From Octopus bimaculoides (Eukaryota): a DNA stretch of 35,724 bases. The stretch covers positions 174,248,852 through 174,284,575 of the forward strand of contig NC_068982.1 in assembly GCF_001194135.2 (NCBI RefSeq). The letters are read 5' to 3'. The notes under the pieces are model-generated. The model did no database searches and had not been told where the DNA came from. It was given only the letters and a program-made list of their open reading frames with translations. Shown here piece after piece: positions 13,201 to 23,884 of the stretch. The position numbers and the translations under genes are program-made. The first letter of the stretch is position 1, and each line of letters opens with the position of its first letter.

Positions 13201-13506
13201 AAGATCTTTGGTTGCTGTAATTATTTTATTATACAACTACATTGTCTAATGTGTACCTTTCTAATTTAAGACGGCTTGGTATAATCTGAGCACTAATTTG
13301 TTTAACCCCCTCCTCACTTCCAAATTTGTTTCGATTGAAAGTAAGTGAAATATGAAAGGGAAATGAACTTTTTAATGAAATTATAACTTTTAAACATTTA
13401 TAAAAAAGTTTAAATAGCGAAATGACTTCATGAAAGGAAACAAAATAAAGCAAAAAAACGAATTGAAATAACTTTGAAACATCGGAAAATTATTTTAAAA
13501 TACTTC

Positions 13507-13680
13507 TTTCTAATTTTGGAGCAAGGCCAGCAATTTTCAGGTGAGGGGTAAACCGATTACATCAACCCCATTGCTCAACTGATACTTATTGTATCGATCC
13601 CGAAAGGTTGAAAAACAAAGTCGACCACGGCGAAATTTCGATTCAGAGCGTAAAGAAACGAAAGAAATGCTGTTAAACAT
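13507..13680 (-). mobile_element. tRNA-derived SINE, family A (5'-truncated)
   Basis: Motifs ttctaattttggagcaaggccagc, gatcccgaaagg and aaagtcgaccacggcgaaatttcgattcagagcgtaaag. Confidence 0.85.
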
Positions 13681-14158
13681 TTTTTTTTTTTTTTTTTTGA
13701 GTTGTAATCATTCTGCAAGCCTTTGAAAGTTGTAAGACTGCAAAATGTAAGCAAATCAAAGCTCACTGGTGGACGGAACAGACAAATGGGTGTATTTAGG
13801 TAGAAAGATGACTACAAGATGTAGGACAGGTGGTAATTACAGAAAAAGAGAGTTGTAGAGAATGGGTGAGGTTTCTAGCAAAAAGTTTTTAAAATAAACA
13901 TATTAGCAATATTTATATGAAAATATATTCAAGCTGGAAATTTTGATAATTTAATGGAACTTGTGAATGAACCAAAAGCTGGTGTAGAGTTATGGTTTCA
14001 TACACAGTTATACATACATTAGCATCGACATGAAATTTTATAGGTAAGTTATATGGAAATGAATTTAATGATGATGAAAGAATATCATGAAGATGAATTT
14101 AGAGAAAGGAATTTCATGTAAAATAAAATATTTTTCGAAATAACTAAAAATCACGTTC

Positions 14159-14605
14159 GGTTAAAAATAGCAGTAAAGTCGATTCCTACGGAACAACCAT
14201 GTTTAAGTGACAGTAAACATTACTTCTCAGTATAGTTACTGCTTTCATCTCTTGTAAGATCAGTGACTGGTTGTTACTTACTTTTCTATACATTGCGAGC
14301 TGGAGCTAATTTGCTTGTTGCAAGTTCAAGGACTGTGTGTTACTTCATTTGTATGCATTGCGAGCTGGAGTGAACTACAGCTATCTCTACTGGACGAGTA
14401 TCCACCACCGAGGATAACCATAAAGAGGTCAAAACCGTACGGTCTGGTGGTCTCGTGACTGGAAGAGGCTAGGGGTCCACTACCCTGCTTTCAACGTATA
14501 TGGGGTGCAGATTACATCAAATAATCAACAGGCGTCCTCTTGGGGTTAAAAATAGTAGTAGCGTCGGTTCCTACGGAATAGCTATGTTTAAGTGGCGGTA
14601 AACAT
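14159..14605 (+). mobile_element. Terminally redundant ~385-bp unit carrying a hammerhead motif (Penelope pLTR- or retrozyme-like)
   Basis: 62-bp direct repeats at 14159-14220 and 14544-14605 (9 mismatches, 8 of them transitions) flank an internal hammerhead fold at 14402-14450. Confidence 0.6.
14402..14450 (+). ncRNA. Degenerate minimal type I hammerhead ribozyme motif
   Basis: Stem I ccacca/tggtgg is perfect. The core is cCgagga (CUGANGA with U4C), stem II is acc/ggt, Aaaac replaces GAAAC, stem III is the palindrome accgtacggt, and the cleavage triplet is GTC. Confidence 0.6.
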
Positions 14606-14824
14606 ATATATACACACACACACACACACGCACACACACACACACACAAACGCGCGCGCGCACACACGCACACACACACACACACACACACAAACGCGCG
14701 CGCGCACACACACACACACATACAATTGTTAAAGAGGACAACAAACGTTAAGGCAAACATCTCAAGTCATATACATTATTATTATTGGAAAAAATTCAAA
14801 GTCTTACAGCTGTTTCTGAGATAT

Positions 14825-14908
14825 CTGCATTGTTCAATAAAATAGTTCCACTTGAAACGGTCGTACTGCATTACTACTTGATATCCTGTTGCTTATTTTG
14901 ATTATATA

Positions 14909-14949
<41 letters not shown>

Positions 14950-15038
14950 ATGTATGTATAATCAAAATAAGCAACGGGATATCAAGTAGTAATGCAGCAC
15001 GACTGTTTCAAGCGGATCCATTTAAGTGAACAATGCAG
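14825..15038. repeat. 82-bp inverted repeat (fold-back) around a (TG)n core
   Basis: 14825-14906 is the reverse complement of 14957-15038 with a few mismatches. Confidence 0.9.
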
Positions 15039-15125
15039 TCATTACATTAATTTAAATACAGCGCTATCTTCAGCTACGCATAAAATTTTTATATTTAACT
15101 TCAACAGGTAGGATACATTAATATA

Positions 15126-15505
15126 NNNNNNNNNNNNNNNNNNNNNNNNNNNNNNNNNNNNNNNNNNNNNNNNNNNNNNNNNNNNNNNNNNNNNNNNNNN
15201 NNNNNNNNNNNNNNNNNNNNNNNNNNNNNNNNNNNNNNNNNNNNNNNNNNNNNNNNNNNNNNNNNNNNNNNNNNNNNNNNNNNNNNNNNNNNNNNNNNNN
15301 NNNNNNNNNNNNNNNNNNNNNNNNNNNNNNNNNNNNNNNNNNNNNNNNNNNNNNNNNNNNNNNNNNNNNNNNNNNNNNNNNNNNNNNNNNNNNNNNNNNN
15401 NNNNNNNNNNNNNNNNNNNNNNNNNNNNNNNNNNNNNNNNNNNNNNNNNNNNNNNNNNNNNNNNNNNNNNNNNNNNNNNNNNNNNNNNNNNNNNNNNNNN
15501 NNNNN
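15126..15505. other. Assembly gap (N run)
   Basis: Ns in the sequence. Confidence 1.
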
Positions 15506-15541
15506 GTGTGTGTGTAAGGTATATGTAAGAGAGAGAGAGAA

Positions 15542-15576
<35 letters not shown>

Positions 15577-16261
15577 TAGAGAGAGAGAGAGAAAGATATG
15601 CACACACACACACACACACACACAAACACATACACACATATCGTACATATGTGTGTATGCGTGTGCGTGTGTGTCTGCATGTGCAGCGGGCACACAATTT
15701 CTGTAAACCAAATTTACTCACAAAGCATTGGTAGGGACTAAGGCATAATAAAATGCAAGCAGGCATCCTGGGCCTGTATGTTACTTCATGAAAACAGTGA
15801 TTTGTCGAGTTAAAGCCTCAGTTTGAATTGATACATTCATCTGTCGTAGGACTGAAGTTAAGAATAATAATTAACATCTCTTTTCAGTGATTCTCTTACA
15901 AACGTTATAAAACAGTAGATGTTTTTCTCTGCTCAATCAGTAAAGTGATTATCCATTAGAATAGTATAATGAAATAACCTTTGAAGATCATGAAGACTAG
16001 TATTGTCTAACAGAAATAACACGAATTTTTTAACACTGTTTCTTTTTTATTATTTTAGAAATTTATTCTATCACTAATTCTTTTTTTTTTAAAAAAGAAA
16101 TATAAATTTGAGCTTTGAAATCTGACAACATTACACTGTTCAGAAATAGATAGCGCAACGATATCAATATCTTGACTGTAAAACATTTAACACTATATCA
16201 ACTGACGGTATGAAAATATGTATAGGAATGGTACAAATATTAGACAGCGACAGGAAGAAGA

Positions 16262-16303
16262 ATAATGATGATGATGATGACGATGATGATGATGATGATG
16301 ATT

Positions 16304-16354
<51 letters not shown>

Positions 16355-16355
16355 T

Positions 16356-16407
<52 letters not shown>

Positions 16408-16435
16408 TAGGAGGAGGAGGAGAAGGAAGAGGATG

Positions 16436-16503
<68 letters not shown>
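16262..16503. repeat. (GAT)n and (AAT)n microsatellites
   Basis: Directly visible. Confidence 0.95.
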
Positions 16504-16917
16504 CAATACATTCTTACCGAAAGTATCTGTTTCTCATCAGTACAGACCGTTGGGTAAATACAATTTTACAGGATCGTACACTAGTTGTACGCCACAAGAG
16601 TAGAGCACGTGTGTACGGTTCTGTTAAATTATATCTATGGTAAGATTCAAAAGTCCTCGTTTTTGCGCGCTAAATCGGGAAGTATCTCCGCAGAAAAATA
16701 TTTCTACATCGGGTATACCAATTTTGAGAATTTGGTTATGGTTAATTAAATTAAACAATAGGCTAAAAAAATTGGATAGTAATTAATACCAGTGCTCTAC
16801 TCGTGTGGCGTACAACTAGTGTGCGATCCTGTAAAATTTTATTTACCCAACGGTTTGTAATGATGAGAAACAGATACTTTCGGTAAGAATGTATTGATTT
16901 CGAAACATGTTTACAAA
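16501..16917 (+). mobile_element. Fold-back element: 108-bp inverted repeats with a hammerhead overlapping the right arm (Penelope-type inverted pLTR candidate)
   Basis: 16501-16608 versus 16792-16899 show 5 mismatches and a 183-bp spacer. The hammerhead lies at 16854-16917. Confidence 0.7.
16854..16917 (+). ncRNA. Minimal type I hammerhead ribozyme motif (C3A variant)
   Basis: Stem I tttgta/tacaaa, core aTGATGA (the inverted copy keeps CTGATGA at 16534-16540), stem II gaaa...tttc, GAAAC, palindromic stem III acatgt and triplet GTT. Confidence 0.7.
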
Positions 16918-17116
16918 TAATTGTAATTTTTTATGTAATTTTCACTGGTCTTGCCCGTTTTACGTTTTTGTTACTTCGCTAAATTCCCTTTGAGAATTAT
17001 TCGGTCTTAGTAGACACATGACATGTGATCTTCTTCTAGCACATTAGTGGTCCACCTAGTGGCCTCCCATTTATATATATATATATATATATTATTATTA
17101 TTATTATTATTATTAT

Positions 17117-18010
17117 TTCTTCTTTCTTCAAATTTTCTTCCAATTCTCGCCGAGTGTTTTCCGTACACCTAGGGCAGAGAAGCTCAGTGTATGCATTCCC
17201 AGTTTACACACGCAAATTCACAGGTAAAATATGTATTTAAAAAAAAATTAATAAATAAATAAATTCATGAATGGATCTTGTTTTTACAGCGATAATGCTC
17301 TTCTCAGTACATGAGTCGTTCCAGTTAACACGATTTTTTGCACTTCCTATATGGATGGTAAGCCTAGTATCATTTTCAAATAGGTTTCAGTACCTTTTTT
17401 TTTATCGTTCCTAGAGATCCTACAATCACTGGTTCGGTAATCGCCTTGAGATGCCACATTTTTTCAATTTCTATTAGCAAGGTTTCCTGATCTTGTCAAA
17501 TTCTTTCACCGCTATATTGTGATCGCAAGGAATACTCATGTCAATTAATAAACACATCTTTTTTATCTGATCTTTTATAATAATATCCGGTTTATTAGCT
17601 TTTATAGTTTTGTTGGCATGTACGGGGAAGTCCCAGAGAATCGATACATTTTCTCCCTCAGTGACAGTTTCATGGTGGTGTTTATACCATTTGTCAGCGG
17701 TTTTGATTTTATAATGCTAACATATTGTCCAGTGTAAATACTGGCCGACTCTGTCATGTCTTGCTTTATATTCTACAGGTGCTAAGTCTCTACACCCTGA
17801 GATTAGGTGGTCTATAGTTTCAATCTGATCGTTACAGAATTGGCATTTTCTGTCAGCTCCATTTTTTATCACATTGGCTTGGTAGTTCCGGGTTAATAAG
17901 CTTTGGTCTTGAGCTGCTAATATGAAACCTTCACTCTCTGCTTTTAGCCCTGAGCTTCGTAACCATTGATGCGTGTGTTTCTGGGCGACATCAACTTGTT
18001 TGCTACGGGC

Positions 18011-18011
<1 letters not shown>
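17117..18011 (-). mobile_element. R4/Dong-clade non-LTR retrotransposon 3' portion (CCHC knuckle, RLE endonuclease, 3' UTR), disrupted
   Basis: Translates to EGFILAAQDQSLLTRNY...KCQFCNDQIETIDHLISGC...RHDRVGQYLHW, then ILWDFPVHANKTIKANKPDIIIKD...LIDMSIPCD, and VIVGSLGTIKK / EVQKIVLTGTTHVLRRAL*. It has stops and frameshifts and is flanked by (TTA)n on both sides. Confidence 0.92.
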
Positions 18012-18071
<60 letters not shown>

Positions 18072-18078
18072 TTTATTA

Positions 18079-18146
<68 letters not shown>
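18012..18146. repeat. (TTA)n microsatellite
   Basis: Directly visible. Confidence 0.97.
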
Positions 18147-18148
<2 letters not shown>

Positions 18149-18325
18149 GGCAGCTAACTGACAGAATCGTTAGCACGCCTATCTGTTTTCGCTACGTTCT
18201 GAGTTCAAATTCTGTCGAGATTGACCTTGCCTATCATCCTTTCGGGGTCGATAAATTAAGTACCAGCTCAGTACTCGGGTCGATGTAATCGTCTAGTCCC
18301 ATCCCGCAAAATTTCTGACATTATT
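18147..18325 (+). mobile_element. tRNA-derived SINE, family A (internal deletion)
   Basis: aaggcagctaactgacagaatcgttagcacgcc ... gttctgagttcaaattc ... catcctttcggggtcgataaattaagtacc. Confidence 0.88.
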
Positions 18326-19011
18326 CACAATGGAAATACACAGCTATAACCAAAGTAATCTCGTAGTCATTAACTTCGAATATCTTTCTCAAAGCGTCCC
18401 CTAATTTCTTAAAAGAGCAAAAGACTTATTGGATACCGTAGATTTAAGTATCTCCCAGAAAGCAACCTTAAGTATCTCCTTGAAAACGATTTAAAAGAAG
18501 GAAGAATTTACGGACCACTCTAGTCTTAGCTACTACTCAAGATACCGCTATGACCGCCACCAACACCACCACAATAAGAACAATAACAAGAACAGCAACA
18601 ACAATCTTTATGAACCAATAAAACTTGATCATCACGCACTGCATCTCCATTGCGATGACAGGAATATCATCAACGACACTCGTATATTAATGCAAATATT
18701 CAAGATGAAAATTCCCAGTACGTACCACATTAATATAATAAATGTAAACTGATGTCTTGGGGAAACCAGCTAGTGACAATTGCTGCATGAAAACCATGCA
18801 ACAAAAGCGGTGCTAGCATACTTAATGTAGTCAAGAAATTTTAATTAATTACAATTACGCCCGTAAGGAAGAGTAAAAAATAATTATCTGAATGATTAAT
18901 TCTAGTCAAAGAAAAGCAGTGGAGACAATGCCAATATTTGCATTAATTGAAATTTATATAAATATGAAATACAGTTGGAGAGTAAAGGTTGATTTCTGGC
19001 AATGTGGAAAC

Positions 19012-19702
19012 AACTTCAATTCCCACCATCCATACAGTGTAAAAAGAGGGATTGCTCAGTGCTTAAAACATCGAGCAAAGCATATAAGTAGCGATCGTGA
19101 TATCCACCACGAAGAAATGATCAAACAAAGTAACAATTTATTAAGTAACAACTACCCCAAAAACATACTATTCACTCCAATTATGAAGAAAAGAGAGGAT
19201 GAAACCTATAAACTGTCCACAGTCTATCTACCCTATCTGAAAGGCTTCTCCGAAAAGATACAGAAGATATGCGGCCCATATGACACCAGGACAGTATTCG
19301 AAAGTAATACAACACTTCGCAAATATCTCCATCGAGTAAAACCACCAATAGAAGAGAATATGACCAAAGACTGCGTGTACTCCATCCCATGCAGCTGTAG
19401 TAGGTTATACAAAGGCGAAACATGCCACCCCTTCAAAATAAGGGTAGAGGAACATCGCAAAGCTGTAACACGAGGAGATTGATAAATCGGGTATGGCTGA
19501 TCATGTATGGGAAAATGAAGACCACCACCCACTGTGGGATGAAGTTAAAATAATAGACAGAGAACACCACTGGAAAATTCGAAAACTAAAAGAAGCAGCA
19601 CATATGTTAGGACACAACAACCTCCCAAGCAGACCGAGTGCAGATATGAGTAGCACATATAAACTGGTATTAAGGAAGGATAGGAACATATTAGAATTAT
19701 AA
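19012..19702 (+). pseudogene. Penelope-like element ORF 3' end (RT thumb/linker and GIY-YIG endonuclease), 5'-truncated and frameshifted
   Basis: NFNSHHPYSVKRGIAQCLKHRA...VYLPYLKGFSEKIQKIC...CVYSIPCSCSRLYKGET...RVEEHRKAV, a frameshift near 19480, then KSGMADHVWENEDHHPLWDEVKII...RKLKEAAH. The VY...Y.GET, R..EH and H..W....I pattern is typical of PLE GIY-YIG domains. Confidence 0.92.
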
Positions 19703-19725
19703 CCTCTAAAATTCACTCCATAATT

Positions 19726-19804
19726 GCCCACGTGCATATGGCGTGGTTAGGAGCGCGGACTACTAACCCAAAGATTCCGAGTTCGATTCCAGGCAGTGAC
19801 CTGA
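19726..19804 (+). promoter_or_regulatory. tRNA-like segment with Pol III A/B-box-like motifs
   Basis: A-box-like tggcgtggttagg (19739-19751), anticodon-arm-like ggactactaaccc, and B-box gttcgattcc (19781-19790). The cloverleaf is incomplete, so this is not a tRNA gene. Confidence 0.65.
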
Positions 19805-19870
<66 letters not shown>

Positions 19871-19874
<4 letters not shown>

Positions 19875-20088
19875 TATTCAGACAAATACATAACAAAAAC
19901 ACCAGGACTTACAAATATATATAATATACAGAAAATTGCACTACTGGGTACTGCACACATTCTACGCAAAACACTTTCAATACAGTAAACATAAGAGCAC
20001 CACAACAAACCACAGCACATACCCAAGGCGCACAGAGCTGCGCTCGGTAGTGAAGTGAAAGCACGTTATAAAAATAAAACTACTGAAC
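19871..20088 (+). mobile_element. 218-bp R4/Dong-type 3'-end unit inserted in (TAA)n
   Basis: Encodes KYSDKYITKTPGLTNIYNIQKIALLGTAHILRKTLSIQ* (RLE-LINE C-terminus) plus a 3' UTR, with (TAA)n on both sides. It has 8 mismatches to the reverse complement of 25259-25476. Confidence 0.9.
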
Positions 20089-20154
20089 AATAATAATAAT
20101 ATAACATTGAAAAATACTTTAGAAATAAGAACCCAGGTTCGAAATTTCCCCCAA

Positions 20155-20200
20155 GACACCTGATGAAGGCTGGAGGGTATATCAGCCGAAATGTTGTGTT
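20155..20200 (+). ncRNA. Minimal type I hammerhead ribozyme motif (core essentially intact)
   Basis: Stem I gacac/gtgtt, CTGATGA, one extra A, stem II ggctg/cagcc, GAAA, loopless palindromic stem III a-t-g-t (canonical acgt) and triplet GTT. Confidence 0.8.
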
Positions 20201-20479
20201 AACAACAAACAAGATGGGGACAAATATCCGTCAAATGTAAATAATGTACATAATTCCTCATCTCTTAAATATAGAACTGAAATTTGCTCATGTTTCATTA
20301 TTATTTGGCCTCATCAGCAGGCAATAGTCTTACTAGTACATGAAAGACATGATAAAGCTTCTCGATCATCACTGACTTTGGATTAACTACAGCTGCAAAA
20401 ACAACAATATAACAATAACAATAACAATACTGATCATACAAGAGGTGACCTATTAGTATCATGGTTAACCAAGCTACAA

Positions 20480-21250
20480 ACCTCTCCAGAATTCATTTTA
20501 CGCTCCGTATTCGTCACGTCGCCCACACTTTTTAAAATATTTCTATAAGAGCTTCAGTACTCCCATAAAAAATACACACAGCCTCATATACAAATACTTC
20601 CCTACCTATTACCTAGACGTAAGTGTGCAATTATTCCAAGCCTGCAGCAAATACATAATTCTTGGCACCAAAAGATATGGATTTAAAATAGTATCTATCA
20701 TATCTCCAAATTCTTTTTTTTTTTTACCAGCAGAGCATAGAAACATCACTTACAACTATCAGCACACTCAACAAAATAAAAATGCCACATTCAAAACAGA
20801 AAACATTATGAACTATGGAGATTGCCTCTATAACATTTACCAAATATTGAAGACAATAGAAATGATAAACCAGTCACAGATTTCTAACTGCGTCTGCATA
20901 CGTTGTAACAGCAGCCATTTATGTATATGGGATCATGTAATATGGATGAGCACAGCTAAACCTTGAAACTCCAACTTTTTCCACCACAAACAAGAAATAG
21001 CACAAGACAACGAACTTCGAATTATCAACGATTGTACGCACTGACTTTACCAATAGCCCACCTACATAATGATACAAAATACTCAAGATGAAAGGTCCCT
21101 TCGACATATGAGCCCCAAGTGTCTCAGTCCTTGCCACTACATGTTTAACCAGTCAAAATTTCCTGACAAATGTACACCGACGCCATCCTCTGAACATTGT
21201 TGAGTGCAGTCAATCCTTACAGACACAAATGCAAATACACACATAGAAAA
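20480..21250 (+). mobile_element. Highly decayed LINE RT remnant (RTE-like)
   Basis: Scattered motifs: SPTLFKIFL* at 20519 (compare SP.LF.IFL), KRYGFKI (compare K.YGL.I) and YVYG (compare LLYG). Many stops. Confidence 0.4.
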
Positions 21251-21524
21251 ATTGCTATAGCGTTGTCGTGCGCAAAGTCTCATAAGTTCCAAAGACAGTG
21301 CAGAGGGTATAGCAACAGAAATATGTGCAGAAAAATATTAGCCGTTATGCTCAGACCTTCACCGAGGTAATCACAAGGACCTATAGGCTTAGCGAAATCA
21401 GGCACAGTAGTAGAGAGAATATGAGCATTTTCAGAACATGCCGCTGTAACCAATGCGATAAACCTTGCCTGTACAGACGATTACGGGTCAGATCCAATCA
21501 GTTTTTCGCGCTCTCACTTTTAAG

Positions 21525-21665
21525 AATAAAGCAGCTAAATTTCCCTCGAATATCACTCTACATTCATAAAATATAAACAACATATTGAAGAATTTATTTC
21601 TAAAAACAACATGTCAGAAAAGAAGACAGGATGGTTACGGCTGGAACGCTGATTGAACGATCTGT
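21525..21665 (-). repeat. Unclassified repeat, family C (reversed copy)
   Basis: aataaagcagctaaat and gacaggatggttacggctgg are reverse complements of motifs in 2697-2905 and 26365-26600. Confidence 0.4.
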
Positions 21666-21784
21666 CATGCTGAGAAGAAAATATAATTCCACTGCATTAT
21701 GTTACCAGTTTATTTAATTATATTTAAAACATATGCTTAGAATGACTGGCATGGTGTGTATAATATATATATGTATATATGTAC

Positions 21785-21904
<120 letters not shown>

Positions 21905-22305
21905 AGTTGTTATGTACATAGTATGTGTGTGTATGTTTTGTGTGAGCGTGCATGTGTATCATGTGTATAAATAAATATATATATGTATCTGTATGCGAAT
22001 GTGTGTATGAGTGTCTGTTTGTGTCTGTCTGTCTGTCTGTCTGTCTGCATGTATGTATGTTTGTGTGTGTGTATGCATGTATTTATGTATGTATGTATGT
22101 ATGTATATGAATATATGTATATATTTTTGACAGTGATTTCGAAATTTCACCTTCTGACGAAAACAAGAAAAATGCGAAACTTGTCACAGACAACCAATCC
22201 TTGTAAATATGTATATCTATGTGTACGCGCACGCGCGTGTGTGTGTAAATGTATATATGTGGAAGGCAACACCTCTGTGTATATGTAGAAATCAACTCTC
22301 CTCTC

Positions 22306-23455
22306 ATTGCACTCACTTCTACCATCTCTAGAATAATGGAGACAACCATTAACGATGAAACTTGAATCTCTATCTTTCCTTAGTGGCCACCAGTTCGACT
22401 CCCACAGAACCTGACCACTGGAAACCTAATCTGTTAAGTTACCAAAGGTTCTCGCTTTGGAGAAGATCAGTATAAGCAATATTGCTCTTTTAGCTTATGA
22501 CCAAATAAATTTTCATCAAAATTTCCAACGTAGGGGCTGCACCTATCTCGCATCTTTTGCATTGGTTGCGGATGTTCGCTATAATTATTGGCACTGTACA
22601 ATTCTCAGTGTGCCTCAGGGTTCTGTTTTCTTCCATATTTTCTTCCTTCTGTACATCAATGCTTCACTTGCGGCTACAAAAAACAACGCCCTCTCTTATG
22701 TGGGTAAGACTACCCTTCATTCTTTCCTAACCTATTCCCAACAATGCATCACCCACACTCAACCTAGACAGCACTGATTCTATGAACGGAGACCACAAAA
22801 AATTCCGCTAGTATAATGATGCCAATCGTATCTCTTTTAATGGCAGCCCTCTCAAAAACTCCCTCAAAGCAACTAAAACACTATCATATCAAGAATAAAC
22901 CGCTGCTTTTCCAAAATATAAGCATCGCTCGTACTCTTTAACATAGACAGGAACACATCCCCAAAACTAGGATTTCTCTTCAGGACTAGAAAATATATCA
23001 ACTTCTAACTCTCTGAATGTCAGCTCAAATGAGGTCTAAGATTATTGTTCCCACATTGGTCCGGTGCTGCTGCAACTCACAGAAATATTGAGCCGCATCC
23101 AGAGAAGAGTTAGTCGAATGATTAGCATTATGTCACTCACGGACTCGCTCTAGTCACTGCGCCCCAGACGTGCCACCTCCTATTTCAAACTATTATTCAA
23201 TATATACGTTACGTACACAGTTGCTACAGTAGCCATTGTCATCTGAGCTGACTTATTGTGTACTCTTTCTGTTTAGGAACTCACGACTTACACGTCTTAT
23301 CTCTCGACACCCTAACTGTGTTCAAACACAACAGGCAAATTAATGGCTATATCCAGTTCTTCTGTCCCAGACAATCGGCTGTCTAGAAATTTCTCCCTCT
23401 TTATCTTCCAACAGTAGTTGAATCGGAACGTTATCGGCATCAAGCTCAACATTTT
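22306..23455 (+). mobile_element. Decayed CR1/L2-group LINE, RT domain to C-terminus
   Basis: IALTSTISRIMETTIN, then SVPQGSVFFHIFFLLYINASL...SYVGKTTLHS (compare GVPQGS...LFINDL...YADD), and across frameshifts KLGFLFRTRKY, YCSHIG..AAATH and LSRIQRRVSRMI. Confidence 0.75.
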
Positions 23456-23604
23456 CGAACTCAGAAAGTAAAACAAAAGCTCTCATTTTGGCTAATTTTC
23501 TATGTGGTTGGGCGGATACGCAGATGCTTCTTCGTCAAGTCGTTATGTATGTCATGATGCAGGAGGTGCAACATGTCATTTGACTTTAAACTGCGAAGAA
23601 TAGT

Positions 23605-23657
23605 ACGTAATATATATTTTGGCACGTAATATATATTTTGGTACGTAATATATATTT
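23605..23657. repeat. 19-bp tandem repeat (acgtaatatatattttggc) x about 2.8 at a SINE 3' junction
   Basis: Units start at 23605, 23624 and 23643. Confidence 0.85.
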
Positions 23658-23866
23658 CAAATTTTGGCACGAGGCCAGTAATTGGAGGGAAGGGTGAAAG
23701 TCAATTACATCGATCCTAGTGCTCAAGTGGTACTTATTTTATTGATCACGAAAAAATGAAAAGCAAAGTCGACCCTCATGGATTTGGAACTAAGAGCGTA
23801 AAGTTGGAAAAAATGCCGCTCAGCAATTTTTCCGGCGTTGTAACGATTCTGCCAGGTCGCCGCCTT
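23655..23866 (-). mobile_element. tRNA-derived SINE, family A
   Basis: tttcaaattttggcacgaggcc ... gcaaagtcgaccc ... taacgattctgccaggtcgccgcctt. Confidence 0.88.
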
Positions 23867-23884
23867 ACGTAGGGTATATCGTAG

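Larger units (their letters stand above)
19703..20280 (+). mobile_element. Penelope 3' terminal repeat region: tRNA-like head, (TAA)n tract interrupted by a Dong unit, and hammerhead
   Basis: Directly follows the PLE stop codon and contains A/B-box-like motifs and a hammerhead fold. The right boundary is approximate. Confidence 0.7.

Noticed and set aside
18892-19482. 196-aa ORF as an intact gene
   Set aside because: The first ~40 residues are unrelated flank. The rest is a 5'-truncated, frameshifted Penelope ORF.
19726-19804. Possible tRNA gene (also heads at 26923 and 30601)
   Set aside because: The acceptor, D and T stems are incomplete, so these are tRNA-derived heads and not functional tRNAs.
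20283-20324. Minus-strand CTGATGA-ggcc...GAAAC-atg
   Set aside because: Stem II cannot form and there is no NUH triplet at the expected position.
22154-22190. CTGACGA...GAAAC-tt-GTC
   Set aside because: Neither stem I nor stem II pairs, so it is likely a chance match.
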